A stretch of 64,000 nt of DNA from an uncultured Rikenellaceae bacterium (lineage in GTDB: Bacteria; Bacteroidota; Bacteroidia; Bacteroidales; VadinHA17): assembly GCA_964637415.1 (NCBI GenBank), contig CAZWUB010000001.1, forward strand, positions 566 to 64,565. The letters are read 5' to 3'. Each line of letters opens with the position of its first letter. Position 1 is the stretch's first letter. The notes under the pieces were generated by a model. That model searched no databases. It was not told the DNA's origin and was given only the letters and a program-made list of their open reading frames with translations. Positions 16,358 to 25,162 of this stretch are shown here, piece by piece. Made by a program: the position numbers and the translations under genes.

Positions 16358-18631
16358 ATGGGAATCCGTGTTTTTAAATGCAAAAGAATCATTTCAATAT
16401 TTCTGTTATCCCTGTTATTTACTGCTTTTACAGATACTAATGCACAAACCGTTGGGCTCGGTAAACCCGGATTTCGTGTCCGTTCCGGCTTTGATGCAAC
16501 ACTAAACAGTGACGAAGGATGGGCTGGCGATCTGAATGAGAACGTTACCGTTTATGCTGACCGGCCTTTCCGCATCCGGTTTGAACTGGAGCAATCTTCC
16601 GGTCAGGCTGCCGGATTGCAGTTCCGGCTTCAATACCGGCGAAATAAAGGTGCCTGGACCTATGCCGAAACGCATGATTTTCCTCATCCTGAACGTGATA
16701 TCAGCATAGATTTTATTGAACTTGAAGCAGGAAAGAGACCTGAGGGATGGAATGTCGTTAAGGGCAATCCCTCCGGACTTGTCATTGCGACAAATAGCAA
16801 CCAGAATGTGTTGCGGGTCAAATCGGATCAGGAACCACTTGCCGGACTCTTTACACCGCCCTGGGAGGCTACAGAAATTGAATCTCAATTCCAGCTGGCT
16901 CCTGACAATCAGAACGGGATAGCCTTCGTTGTGGGCTATAAAGACATCAGGAACTACTGTCTGGTACAACTTGATCCCACACCGGGTACTATACGTGTGA
17001 TCCGGATTATTGACGGGATAGAAAAAGTTGTAGCAGAGAGGAACACAGTGATCCCTTCCGGTCAATGGCTCGAAATCGCAATTCAGACAGAAAACCGGAC
17101 AATAGAAATAAATTTTCAGGATGATATGCTCGAAATGGAAACTGAGCTTGAAACTGTTATCCCCAACTCAAAGTCGGGATTTCAGGTACCGCCGAACAGT
17201 GTAGTCGATTTCCGTGAGTTCTCATTCCAGGGCGAAGCCAGAACTCCGCGGGTCAGCATAGTCAGCTGCCCGGCTTACCCGAACGGTATGCCTGCCAACA
17301 ACCTGTTGAAAGGTTCAACCAAACCTTTTCAGCCAGGTATGGGGATAAATTTCGCTGAAGCTACACCTGTGCTTAGTGGCACGAATGTTCACAGCGAGTT
17401 CGAATGGCCGGTTGTAATTCGCAGGTTTGCTGATGAGGCTGTTACAAATAATGAAGGTGACATATTCGAGTTCAGGATGACCGACGATAAAGGAACACTT
17501 AAGTCAAATGAAAACAATCCGGCACTCCGCCTGTCCGTTCCCCCCGGACATGTTGGCGGGACATTCATAGAAAACCCGGGGCGGATAGGACCCTGGCAGG
17601 CCTCCAACGGAGATCTTTACTTCATGATGGAACCGGCTGAAACGGAAAATGTGTTCATGATGATAAAATCGACCGACAACGGGCGAACATGGAACGAAGT
17701 GGATGGAGAAAACCGACCAGAGACAAACGATCTTGAATCGGTAGACTCCCGGCTGACCGGTAACACAATTCATATTATACACCAGGTAACCCGATCGACT
17801 GTTTATCATACTTTCCGGACCTCTGATCATCCAACCCACCCCGATACCTGGGCAATACGGGATGAATTAGCCGGAGCCGTAAATGCCGTTGCACAGACAG
17901 CGTCGTTTGCAATACGATCAGACGGCAGTATCGTCGCGTTTTATCTTGGAACTGAAAAAATACATTACAGTATACGATCACCTGAAGGTATCTGGAGCCA
18001 GGTGAAGACAATTGATCCCGGTCTTCCGCCCAATCAGGCCGGGCCACAGGCAGTAGTCGGTGAAAACGACATTATCCATCTGGCTTATTACGGAACGGAT
18101 GGAACAATCTGGTATCGACGGCTTCTTCCTGACGGGTCTCTTACTGAAAGGCAGTTGCTGGCATCAGGTGCCGGGACATCACGGGCTGAATATGGAGCAG
18201 TACTTCCGCTTCTCTTTAATCCCCAGAGGAATGAGCTTGTAATTATTTACCGGCTCTCAACAGGAAACCTGTGGGAACGAAGGATCGTAAATAACGGACC
18301 TCCTTCAGAACCGGTCATGATAACAAATTCAAAGGTGATCACCGACGCTGTCGACTCACAGCAGGCCGGTGCTGATGCTTTCATCGACGGGGAGACCGTA
18401 CATGTGCTTTTCATCGATGAATCTTCACGTAGCATCTTCAGCACTGATGATGATGGCGGCTGGAAACCTGCGAAGCTCCGGGTCAATAATATAAACGGAT
18501 CGTGGGTCCGCGGAAGCATTTACACCCGCAAAGATGGTAAAAGAGTATATGGATACATTTATGATGCCGGCTCCGATGGTGGTTCAGGTATGAACCGGTG
18601 CGGTGAGATGGTTCTGAACAGCAAGCGTTAA
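16358..18631 (+). CDS. Secreted protein with a BNR/Asp-box (sialidase-like beta-propeller) region and an N-terminal lectin/LamG-like domain
   Basis: The track ORF starts at TTG 16325. I prefer the ATG at 16358 (MGIRVFKCKRIISIFLLSLLFTAFTDTNAQ, a signal peptide). There is one canonical Asp-box, STDNGRTW. GC is visibly higher than the flanks. Confidence 0.45.
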   Translation: MGIRVFKCKRIISIFLLSLLFTAFTDTNAQTVGLGKPGFRVRSGFDATLNSDEGWAGDLNENVTVYADRPFRIRFELEQSSGQAAGLQFRLQYRRNKGAWTYAETHDFPHPERDISIDFIELEAGKRPEGWNVVKGNPSGLVIATNSNQNVLRVKSDQEPLAGLFTPPWEATEIESQFQLAPDNQNGIAFVVGYKDIRNYCLVQLDPTPGTIRVIRIIDGIEKVVAERNTVIPSGQWLEIAIQTENRTIEINFQDDMLEMETELETVIPNSKSGFQVPPNSVVDFREFSFQGEARTPRVSIVSCPAYPNGMPANNLLKGSTKPFQPGMGINFAEATPVLSGTNVHSEFEWPVVIRRFADEAVTNNEGDIFEFRMTDDKGTLKSNENNPALRLSVPPGHVGGTFIENPGRIGPWQASNGDLYFMMEPAETENVFMMIKSTDNGRTWNEVDGENRPETNDLESVDSRLTGNTIHIIHQVTRSTVYHTFRTSDHPTHPDTWAIRDELAGAVNAVAQTASFAIRSDGSIVAFYLGTEKIHYSIRSPEGIWSQVKTIDPGLPPNQAGPQAVVGENDIIHLAYYGTDGTIWYRRLLPDGSLTERQLLASGAGTSRAEYGAVLPLLFNPQRNELVIIYRLSTGNLWERRIVNNGPPSEPVMITNSKVITDAVDSQQAGADAFIDGETVHVLFIDESSRSIFSTDDDGGWKPAKLRVNNINGSWVRGSIYTRKDGKRVYGYIYDAGSDGGSGMNRCGEMVLNSKR

Positions 18632-18925
18632 GACACGACTTAGACGTCTCATTTCCTGTATATCTTTAAGGTCATCTGTATTTCCATACATTTTAATATC
18701 CCTTTCCGCATAAAAATCCCGGATTTCGAATTTACTGCCGTTATGATGGATTTTGCACTTAAAGATCAGATACCCCGTTTGTGATCCGAAGAAATATAAC
18801 CAGTTGTCTTCATAGTATATGAACCACCCGTCATCCGGTTCATTCTGAATTTTCAAGGATTTCATCTTATCAAACTGTACCTGATCAAGCCTGATAGATG
18901 CTTTTATACAATGAGGAATATTCAT
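18584..18925 (-). CDS. Hypothetical 113-aa protein
   Basis: An ORF in a low-GC segment. Its 3' end overlaps the convergent BNR gene by 48 nt. I see no recognisable motifs. Confidence 0.35.
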   Translation of the reverse strand: MNIPHCIKASIRLDQVQFDKMKSLKIQNEPDDGWFIYYEDNWLYFFGSQTGYLIFKCKIHHNGSKFEIRDFYAERDIKMYGNTDDLKDIQEMRRLSRVLTLAVQNHLTAPVHT

Positions 18926-18977
18926 GGATTTGTTTTTAAATTATTTTCTGTCATTGTTTTTTCAAATTTCCTAAGTC

Positions 18978-19007
18978 TGTAACAAAAAATCCACCTCATT
19001 TGTTACA
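18978..19007. promoter_or_regulatory. Perfect 9-nt inverted repeat TGTAACAAA-N12-TTTGTTACA upstream of the 113-aa ORF
   Basis: tgtaacaaa at 18978-18986 and tttgttaca at 18999-19007. It shares the TGTAACAAA core with the repeats upstream of the XRE gene. Confidence 0.35.
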
Positions 19008-19247
19008 TTTTCTGTTCATATTGTTGCATTTTGAGCAATACCTGAGATTTTAGTTACAGAGGATACAAGCATGCCCCCCTCTTTGCGGAGCCTGACGAAT
19101 GAAATGAGGAAGTCCCGCAATACGGGAAGAGAGGGGGCAAGGGGGTGAGTTCGTGTAGATTAAGAGAGGGATTACCGCCGGGTCGTATCCGATTTATCTG
19201 AAGTTTCAGCTGATGCAGCCCGGCCGTGATCCCTGAGGGAGATCCCT

Positions 19248-19388
19248 GCATTCCGGATTACGCCTTTATTCGCTGTGCTCATAAGGATTTTTCATTTTCA
19301 TAATTCCTCTCTCAGGTAAACCTGGTTCGGAATTCTGAAAATGAAAAATCCCGTCAGCCTGCCGGCTGACGGGCGTAATCCGGAATGC
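19248..19388. repeat. Nested imperfect palindrome of about 140 nt abutting the 3' end of tRNA-Ser
   Basis: The outer 17-nt inverted repeat is perfect: gcattccggattacgcc (19248-19264) against ggcgtaatccggaatgc (19372-19388). The inner 23-nt inverted repeat matches at 22 of 23 positions: 19285-19307 against 19329-19351. Confidence 0.8.
19341..19374 (-). terminator. Rho-independent terminator of tRNA-Ser
   Basis: On the minus strand the sequence is GCCCGTCAGCC-GGCA-GGCTGACGGG followed by ATTTTTCATTTTC. Confidence 0.6.
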
Positions 19389-19476
19389 GGAGAGAGGGGG
19401 ATTCGAACCCCCGGTCCCGCGGATGCAGGACAACGGTTTTCGAGACCGCCGCATTCGACCACTCTGCCATCTCTCC
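19388..19476 (-). tRNA. tRNA-Ser (anticodon CGA), class II with a long variable arm
   Basis: The minus strand reads GGAGAGATGGCAGAGTGGTCGAATGCGGCGGTCTCGAAAACCGTTGTCCTGCATCCGCGGGACCGGGGGTTCGAATCCCCCTCTCTCCG. The acceptor stem is GGAGAGA/TCTCTCC, the anticodon loop is CT-CGA-AA, and the T-loop is GGTTCGAATCC. No CCA is encoded. Confidence 0.9.
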
Positions 19477-19605
19477 TATATATTATAAGCCGCATTCACC
19501 GCGGCGTCTATCCCGCTCCAGCGGGACCATCTCTCCGATCCGCAAATTTGGATAAATTATTTCAATAATTACAGATTAAGGCAAAAAAGTAGCCGAATAA
19601 CCTCT

Positions 19606-20385
19606 TTACCTGCCTTTATCTATTATTAACTTCGACGTGTAAATAATTCTTCCGGATGTAAATCGTATTATATAAATTCCTGATGAAAATCCCTCAAGCG
19701 ATATCTCTTCTATATTTCTCCCTGAAGATTCAATATGCTTTACAACTCTTCCTGACATATCAGTTATCTCTATCCTTCCTGATAAGCCGTCATTTTCAAT
19801 CCTTATAAGCTCAGATGCGGGATTGGGCCAGATCATCAGCTTACGGGATGCCTGACCCGGAAGACTGATATCTGAAAGATTCCCTTTCTCAACAGTTATA
19901 TTGTCAAGAAAAAACCTCTTTGTGAGCCCTTCAAATTTGAATTTTCCCGAAGCCGTTCCTCCCGGAACAGCAATTGTCATTCTCTGAAAATTATCTGTGG
20001 GTGAGATGACATTCCCCATGGCAGTCCCGTTCAGATAAACCTGAACCGTCGAGGCATCTCCCGGCCAGCATGATATGTCAAATTTTAGCATCAGATCACT
20101 CTGGGACAAATTGATTGAAGGTGTTTCAATCCACCCTGTGAGTGATGATGTACCCATTTTAATCTCTCCTCCGGCAGAATAAACTTTTAATCCTGTCCAG
20201 CCGGGGATCCCTGTCCTGGAATCGAGCGACCCCGAAATGTCACTTGTCGACGGGGTTGTGTGCGTACCTGTGGTAAATCCCGAAAAATCCTCGGAAAATA
20301 CAACCTGCTGTCCATTCAGGATAAATCCTGAGGTTACTAAAAAGAAGATGACAGCTGACCTTCTGATTAGCAGCGATCTTTTCAT
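19606..20385 (-). CDS. Secreted protein with a T9SS C-terminal sorting domain
   Basis: Signal peptide, plus the C-terminal MIWPNPASELIRIEN ... GIYIIRFTSGRIIYTSKLII pattern of the Por secretion CTD. Confidence 0.7.
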   Translation of the reverse strand: MKRSLLIRRSAVIFFLVTSGFILNGQQVVFSEDFSGFTTGTHTTPSTSDISGSLDSRTGIPGWTGLKVYSAGGEIKMGTSSLTGWIETPSINLSQSDLMLKFDISCWPGDASTVQVYLNGTAMGNVISPTDNFQRMTIAVPGGTASGKFKFEGLTKRFFLDNITVEKGNLSDISLPGQASRKLMIWPNPASELIRIENDGLSGRIEITDMSGRVVKHIESSGRNIEEISLEGFSSGIYIIRFTSGRIIYTSKLIIDKGR

Positions 20386-20522
20386 AACAATAAATATTTA
20401 TTCCCAAAAACTTTTAGCACTTGCTAAATTACTAAAATCCTGTTTTTAACGGGAAAGATTTTAAAGAAAATTCTAACTTCGCTGTAATATTTTCCCAATC
20501 ATTTCTAAAATAAATAATTGCC

Positions 20523-22625
20523 GTGGAAAAAATAGTTAAATTACTAATTATGAGTGCTTTGATAGCCACAATCCTTACTTCGTGCAGGAATAAAGAGGTA
20601 GCCGAAAGTTCAAATCCCTTCCTCAATGCTTACAATACTCATTTCAATGTTCCGCCTTTCGATAAAATACAACCCGGGCATTTTATTCCGGCCTTTGAAA
20701 AAGGAATGAACGACGCACGGGCAGAACTTGAAAAAATCGTAAATAACAGGAAGAGTCCCACATTTGAGAATACAATTGAAGCTTATGATAATATGGGTAA
20801 GCTCCTCAGGGATGTAACAGCCGTATTTATTGAATTATCCAGTTCAAACACAAACGATTCCCTGCAAAAGATTGAGGTTGAAATCACACCAAAACTGGCG
20901 GGTTTCAAAGATGAAATAAGACTGAATCCTGCTCTGTTTGCCAGAGTTAAGTCGGTATACGAAAACAAGGATAAATTTAAACTTGATCCCGATCAGGATT
21001 TTCTGCTTGAGAATCTTTATAAGGAATTTGTAAGGTCTGGTGCAAATCTCTCTCCTGAAGATCAGGAAAAGCTGAAGAAGATTAACCAGGAACTCTCACT
21101 TCAATCAGTTAAATTCAATCAGAATGTTCTGGCAGAGAATAATGATTATAAAATGTTTGTCGGGGAGAAAGATGTTGCAGGATTGCCACAATCGCTTGTG
21201 GCATCGGCTGCCCAGACTGCAAAGGATGCAGGTGAGGAAGGAAAATATGCATTTACAACCCAGAGACCAAGTGTTTTTCCGTTTATCCAGTATTCTCCCG
21301 ACAGGGATCTGCGCAGGAAATTGTTCAATGCTTATTGTAACAGGGGAAATAACGGTAATGAGTATGATAATAATAAGATACTGGCACAGATTATTGCACT
21401 GAGGGCAGAGAGGGCAAAACTTCTCGGATATGGTACTCATGCACATATTGTTCTTGAACCACGTATGGCAAAAGAGCCTGAAAACGTGTTCAGTCTGCTT
21501 AACAGTTTGTGGGATAAGGCAATTCCTGTTGCAAAGAATGAGATAAAGGAAATGCAGGCGATCATTGACAGGGAAGGAGGAAGATTTAAGCTTGAAGCAT
21601 CCGACTGGTGGTATTATGCCGAAAAGCTGAGAAAAGAGAAATATGATCTTGATGACAATGAGCTACTCCCGTATTTCCGGCTTGAAAATGTACGGGACGG
21701 TGTTTTTGAACTTGCAAACAGACTTTTCGGGGTGAAATTCATTCCACGTACGGATATCCCCCTGCCTCATCCGGATGCATTGTCTTTTGAGGTTGTTGAA
21801 GAGAATGGATCTCATCTCGGGGTTCTGTTCATGGATTTTTATGCGCGTGAAAGCAAAAGACAGGGTGCTTGGTGCGTCACATACCAGAGCCATCATCTTG
21901 AAAATGGCAAAGTCGTTCATCCTGTAGTTGTATTGAACTGCAATTTCAGTCGTCCTGCAGGAGATACTCCGGCTTTGTTAACTCTTGATGAAGTCAGTAC
22001 GATATTCCACGAATTTGGTCATGCCCTCGATTTCATGATGAATAAAAGCAGATCTAATATTATCTACCAGGCATGGGATTTTGTGGAACTTCCTTCACAG
22101 ATAATGGAACACTGGGTGACCGAACCTGAGGTTCTTAAATTTTATGCCAGGCATTACAGGACAGGTGAAGTGATACCTCAAGCACTTGTTGAGAAAATAA
22201 ATAAGAGCGGATTATTCAATCAGGGTTTCTCGAATGTCGAGATACTTGCCGCATCTCTTCTCGATATGGCTTATCATACTCTTGAAGCTCCGGTTGATGT
22301 TGATATCCAGAAGTTCGAAAAAGACTATCTGAATAGTATCGGATTGCTTCCTGAAATAGTTTCACGTTACCGGAGCACATACTTTATGCATATAATAAGT
22401 GAGTATGATGCCGGTTATTACAGCTATACCTGGGCGGCTGTTCTTGATAACGATGCTTTTGAAGCATTTAAGGAGAAGGGTATATTCGATAAGGCTACTG
22501 CCAGTTCATTCAGGAAGAATATTCTCGAAAAGAACGGTAACATGGATGCAATGCAGATGTATGTCAGTTTCCGGGGCCGGGAGCCCGGTATCGAACCATT
22601 ATTAAAGAACCGAGGATTATTGTAA
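20523..22625 (+). CDS. M3-family zinc metallopeptidase (peptidyl-dipeptidase Dcp / oligopeptidase A-like), lipoprotein
   Basis: 700 aa. HEFGH motif (IFHEFGHALD), lipobox ILTSC, GTG start. Confidence 0.8.
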   Translation: MEKIVKLLIMSALIATILTSCRNKEVAESSNPFLNAYNTHFNVPPFDKIQPGHFIPAFEKGMNDARAELEKIVNNRKSPTFENTIEAYDNMGKLLRDVTAVFIELSSSNTNDSLQKIEVEITPKLAGFKDEIRLNPALFARVKSVYENKDKFKLDPDQDFLLENLYKEFVRSGANLSPEDQEKLKKINQELSLQSVKFNQNVLAENNDYKMFVGEKDVAGLPQSLVASAAQTAKDAGEEGKYAFTTQRPSVFPFIQYSPDRDLRRKLFNAYCNRGNNGNEYDNNKILAQIIALRAERAKLLGYGTHAHIVLEPRMAKEPENVFSLLNSLWDKAIPVAKNEIKEMQAIIDREGGRFKLEASDWWYYAEKLRKEKYDLDDNELLPYFRLENVRDGVFELANRLFGVKFIPRTDIPLPHPDALSFEVVEENGSHLGVLFMDFYARESKRQGAWCVTYQSHHLENGKVVHPVVVLNCNFSRPAGDTPALLTLDEVSTIFHEFGHALDFMMNKSRSNIIYQAWDFVELPSQIMEHWVTEPEVLKFYARHYRTGEVIPQALVEKINKSGLFNQGFSNVEILAASLLDMAYHTLEAPVDVDIQKFEKDYLNSIGLLPEIVSRYRSTYFMHIISEYDAGYYSYTWAAVLDNDAFEAFKEKGIFDKATASSFRKNILEKNGNMDAMQMYVSFRGREPGIEPLLKNRGLL

Positions 22626-22720
22626 TGCCACAAAATCCCGCCTTTGAGGGGGTAGCCGTCAACTTAAGTCCCAATACAATTTTTTTTTGCACAGCTCTGT
22701 AGGGGGTGAGGCGTTAAATA

Positions 22721-23959
22721 TCACCTGAATGAATTTTCTATCTCCTGGAGTGATACCCCTAACATATTGGCTGATACCTTATCCAGAAGATTCCTGTCGC
22801 CGGTAATGTGAACTGTATACTGCACATGCGAAAGCTTCTCCCCCGGCTTCAGCGCGGCGGCAGGAGAGGAGGTCTCCAGCTCATAGAATGGTCCCATCTG
22901 CGAACCATCTTCAAGAGGCCCGTCGTTGTAGGAGTTTAATGCATCACCTGAATACGGATCTTCCTGAAGCTGCCATGCTGAATTTACATAATCAGTAATT
23001 CCCTGCGGTTGTTTGCAGATAAGCAGAGTGAGAATATTATTTGCTGAATCATAACTTCCCATGATTCCTTTTGCCCTGAGCGGCGGAAGACCTAACTTTC
23101 CGCGGCTCTTTCCATCACACCTGAAGAAAATATGATCTCCTTCCACTTTAAGCCTGTCGGGAGCGATCTTCCCGAAGTAATTATCGTTAACGGGAGGACC
23201 CATTACCTTTTCATCACCCTGGTTAAAGGGAATTACAACAACAACGGAAGGTGAAGGTATGAACATTCCAAGCATCCATACCGATAACTGACCGGTCTCT
23301 CTTAACCATTCATTTGTTCCATTATTTGTAATTGTATTATCTGATTTGTATGCAACTATGTTAACTCCTTCAGGATCAATACCGGTCTGTTTTCTTATTG
23401 ATTCCCCGGTGAGGAGTATTACCTCCCTTTCGAGCCTGAATTTCAAAGGCGTACCACTGTAATTTGCTGTTTCAACATCACAGGCGAAGAGCGCTGAAGA
23501 GTCAGTCTGATTAATGATTTCAAACGGGTCAGTATCAAGAAATGATGGTACCTGCCAGTTATCATAAACAAACTCATCTCCTTTCTTAAAATAAATTGAG
23601 AACTGTCCGCCTTCGGGACCCAGCCAGAGCCTCTCTTCGCCTCCGAATGCATTAATATGAGGCTGAATAACCCCTGATTCAATAAGCTTGTGATTGATCC
23701 ACCCGAAGCTGAATCCTTTGTCGCCTTCTGCCGTGCTTGTCATTACCCTGCCCTGCCACCCTGGGATCAGGGCAATGGCGGAATTATTCTTTTTGAGCTC
23801 AATAACTCTAACATACTTTTTCAGGAAGTCGCGGTTATAGCCATACTGACTTGTTATGTCTGTTGTCATATCATTTGATTTTTGATTTTCACTCTTTTTT
23901 CTGCCACCACATGATGACAGGATGAAGGGGATCATCAGGAAAATAATTATGCGATTCAT
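22721..23959 (-). CDS. Hypothetical lipoprotein
   Basis: 412 aa with lipobox FILSSCGG. I do not recognise a family. Confidence 0.5.
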   Translation of the reverse strand: MNRIIIFLMIPFILSSCGGRKKSENQKSNDMTTDITSQYGYNRDFLKKYVRVIELKKNNSAIALIPGWQGRVMTSTAEGDKGFSFGWINHKLIESGVIQPHINAFGGEERLWLGPEGGQFSIYFKKGDEFVYDNWQVPSFLDTDPFEIINQTDSSALFACDVETANYSGTPLKFRLEREVILLTGESIRKQTGIDPEGVNIVAYKSDNTITNNGTNEWLRETGQLSVWMLGMFIPSPSVVVVIPFNQGDEKVMGPPVNDNYFGKIAPDRLKVEGDHIFFRCDGKSRGKLGLPPLRAKGIMGSYDSANNILTLLICKQPQGITDYVNSAWQLQEDPYSGDALNSYNDGPLEDGSQMGPFYELETSSPAAALKPGEKLSHVQYTVHITGDRNLLDKVSANMLGVSLQEIENSFR

Positions 23960-23989
23960 TTCATTAAATATATATTTTTAAACATATTG

Positions 23990-24063
23990 ATCTTTAGTGC
24001 CTTAGTGTCTTAGTGGCATTTTTTTCAGCCACGAAGGCACAAAGACACTAAGGTACACAAAGA
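23990..24063. repeat. Inverted array of CTTAGTG / CACNAAG-type units, in a divergent intergenic region
   Basis: ctttagtg, ccttagtg and tcttagtg, then ggcatttttttcagc, then cacgaagg, cacaaaga, cactaagg and cacaaaga. Confidence 0.75.
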
Positions 24064-24104
24064 ATAAATTAACTTCAGCATTAAATTTGTATTAAATTTT
24101 AAAA

Positions 24105-25121
24105 ATGGATAACATATATCTCTGCGGTATGGATGCCGATGAAATTGCTGACCTGATAAGGCCGGGGGGCTTTACTCATAGTTATGCGGTAATTGTTGCC
24201 GGCCTCCTGTATAAAAAGGGGAGTGCCGCGTTGGAAAAAAGCACCAGGATACCACAGAGGCTTAAAAAATATCTTTCGGAGGTCTCAAATCCCGGAATAA
24301 ACTTACCTGTCAGGTATGAAAAATCGGCTGACGGGACAATTAAATATTTGTTTGAATCGACTGACGGGAAGCTTTTTGAATCTGTTTTCCTTCCTGATGA
24401 AAAGCGTAAAACAGTCTGTGTATCGACACAGTCGGGTTGCAGGATGGGTTGTCCGTTTTGTGTCACCGGCAGATATGGTTTTCATGGAAGTCTGTCGGCA
24501 GGAGAAATTGTCAGCCAGGTTATCAGCCTTCAGAACAACGGAAAAATCACTCATGTCGTCTTTATGGGAATGGGTGAACCAATGGACAATCTTGAAAATG
24601 TATTGAAAGCATGCAGGATACTTACGGCAGAATGGGGTATGGCGATCAGTACAGGGAATATAACAGTTTCTTCGGTTGGTATAACTCCGGCAATTAAAGA
24701 ATTTCTGGAAAAATCGGATTGTAATCTGGCGCTGAGCCTTTATTCTCCTTTTCATGAAGAGCGGATGAAGGTTGTCCCTGCAGAGAATGCTTATCCGGTA
24801 AAAGAAATAATAAATATGATGTCAGACTATCCGCTGAAAAAGAAGAGAAGAATGACAATAGCTTATGTCATGATCAGCGGGATCAATGATACTGACATTC
24901 ATCTTGAAGGGCTTATAAGGATAGCAGGAGGAACACAGATAAGAATTAATCTGCTTCCGTTTCATGCGATTCCGGGCGATGACAGGAGATCATCATCTGA
25001 CGAAAGACTTCAATTCTTCAAACATAATCTTGTGATTTCGGGAATTTCTGCTTCAGTCAGGAAATCAAGGGGTGCTGACATATCCGCTGCCTGCGGGTTA
25101 CTGGCATCGGGATTGATGTAG
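24105..25121 (+). CDS. rlmN: RlmN/Cfr-family radical SAM rRNA/tRNA methyltransferase
   Basis: CVSTQSGCRMGCPFCVTG (the CxxxCxxC cluster), FMGMGEPMDN, and C-terminal ADISAACGLL. It is somewhat divergent, so it could be a paralogue. Confidence 0.65.
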   Translation: MDNIYLCGMDADEIADLIRPGGFTHSYAVIVAGLLYKKGSAALEKSTRIPQRLKKYLSEVSNPGINLPVRYEKSADGTIKYLFESTDGKLFESVFLPDEKRKTVCVSTQSGCRMGCPFCVTGRYGFHGSLSAGEIVSQVISLQNNGKITHVVFMGMGEPMDNLENVLKACRILTAEWGMAISTGNITVSSVGITPAIKEFLEKSDCNLALSLYSPFHEERMKVVPAENAYPVKEIINMMSDYPLKKKRRMTIAYVMISGINDTDIHLEGLIRIAGGTQIRINLLPFHAIPGDDRRSSSDERLQFFKHNLVISGISASVRKSRGADISAACGLLASGLM

Positions 25122-25148
25122 AAACGTCATGCATGACGTTTCTACATC
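25115..25148. terminator. Perfect 34-bp palindrome between convergent genes; candidate bidirectional terminator
   Basis: gatgtagaaacgtcatgcatgacgtttctacatc. It overlaps the rlmN-like stop codon at 25119-25121. A T-run follows at about 25159. Confidence 0.45.
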
Positions 25149-25162
25149 AGACCATGCCTTTT

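Noticed and set aside
19161-19185. A degenerate duplicate of the tRNA-Ser 3' end serving as an att site
   Set aside because: The resemblance (agagaggg-att-ccg-ccggg) needs indels and does not extend colinearly. No integrase is nearby. I mention it only as a hypothesis within the finding for this region.
19054-19250. RNase P RNA, SRP (4.5S) RNA or tmRNA in the GC-rich gap next to tRNA-Ser
   Set aside because: The sequence GAGGAAGTCCCGC only partly resembles the RNase P GAGGAAAGUCCGGGC box, and other universal RNase P blocks (GGUAAGGGUGAAA, ACAGAACCCGGCUUA) are absent. There is no SRP domain IV motif (GGAAGCAGCC context) and no tmRNA tRNA-like end.
14384-19476. A prophage or integrative element at tRNA-Ser
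   Set aside because: I recognise no integrase, excisionase, transposase, or phage structural or conjugation genes, and there is no clean direct repeat of the tRNA end. I report it only as a compositional mosaic.
22626-22720. G-rich repeats (gagggggta / tagggggtga) between convergent genes as a terminator or riboswitch
   Set aside because: The two G-rich segments are direct repeats, not complementary, so they give no convincing hairpin. I recognise no known motif.
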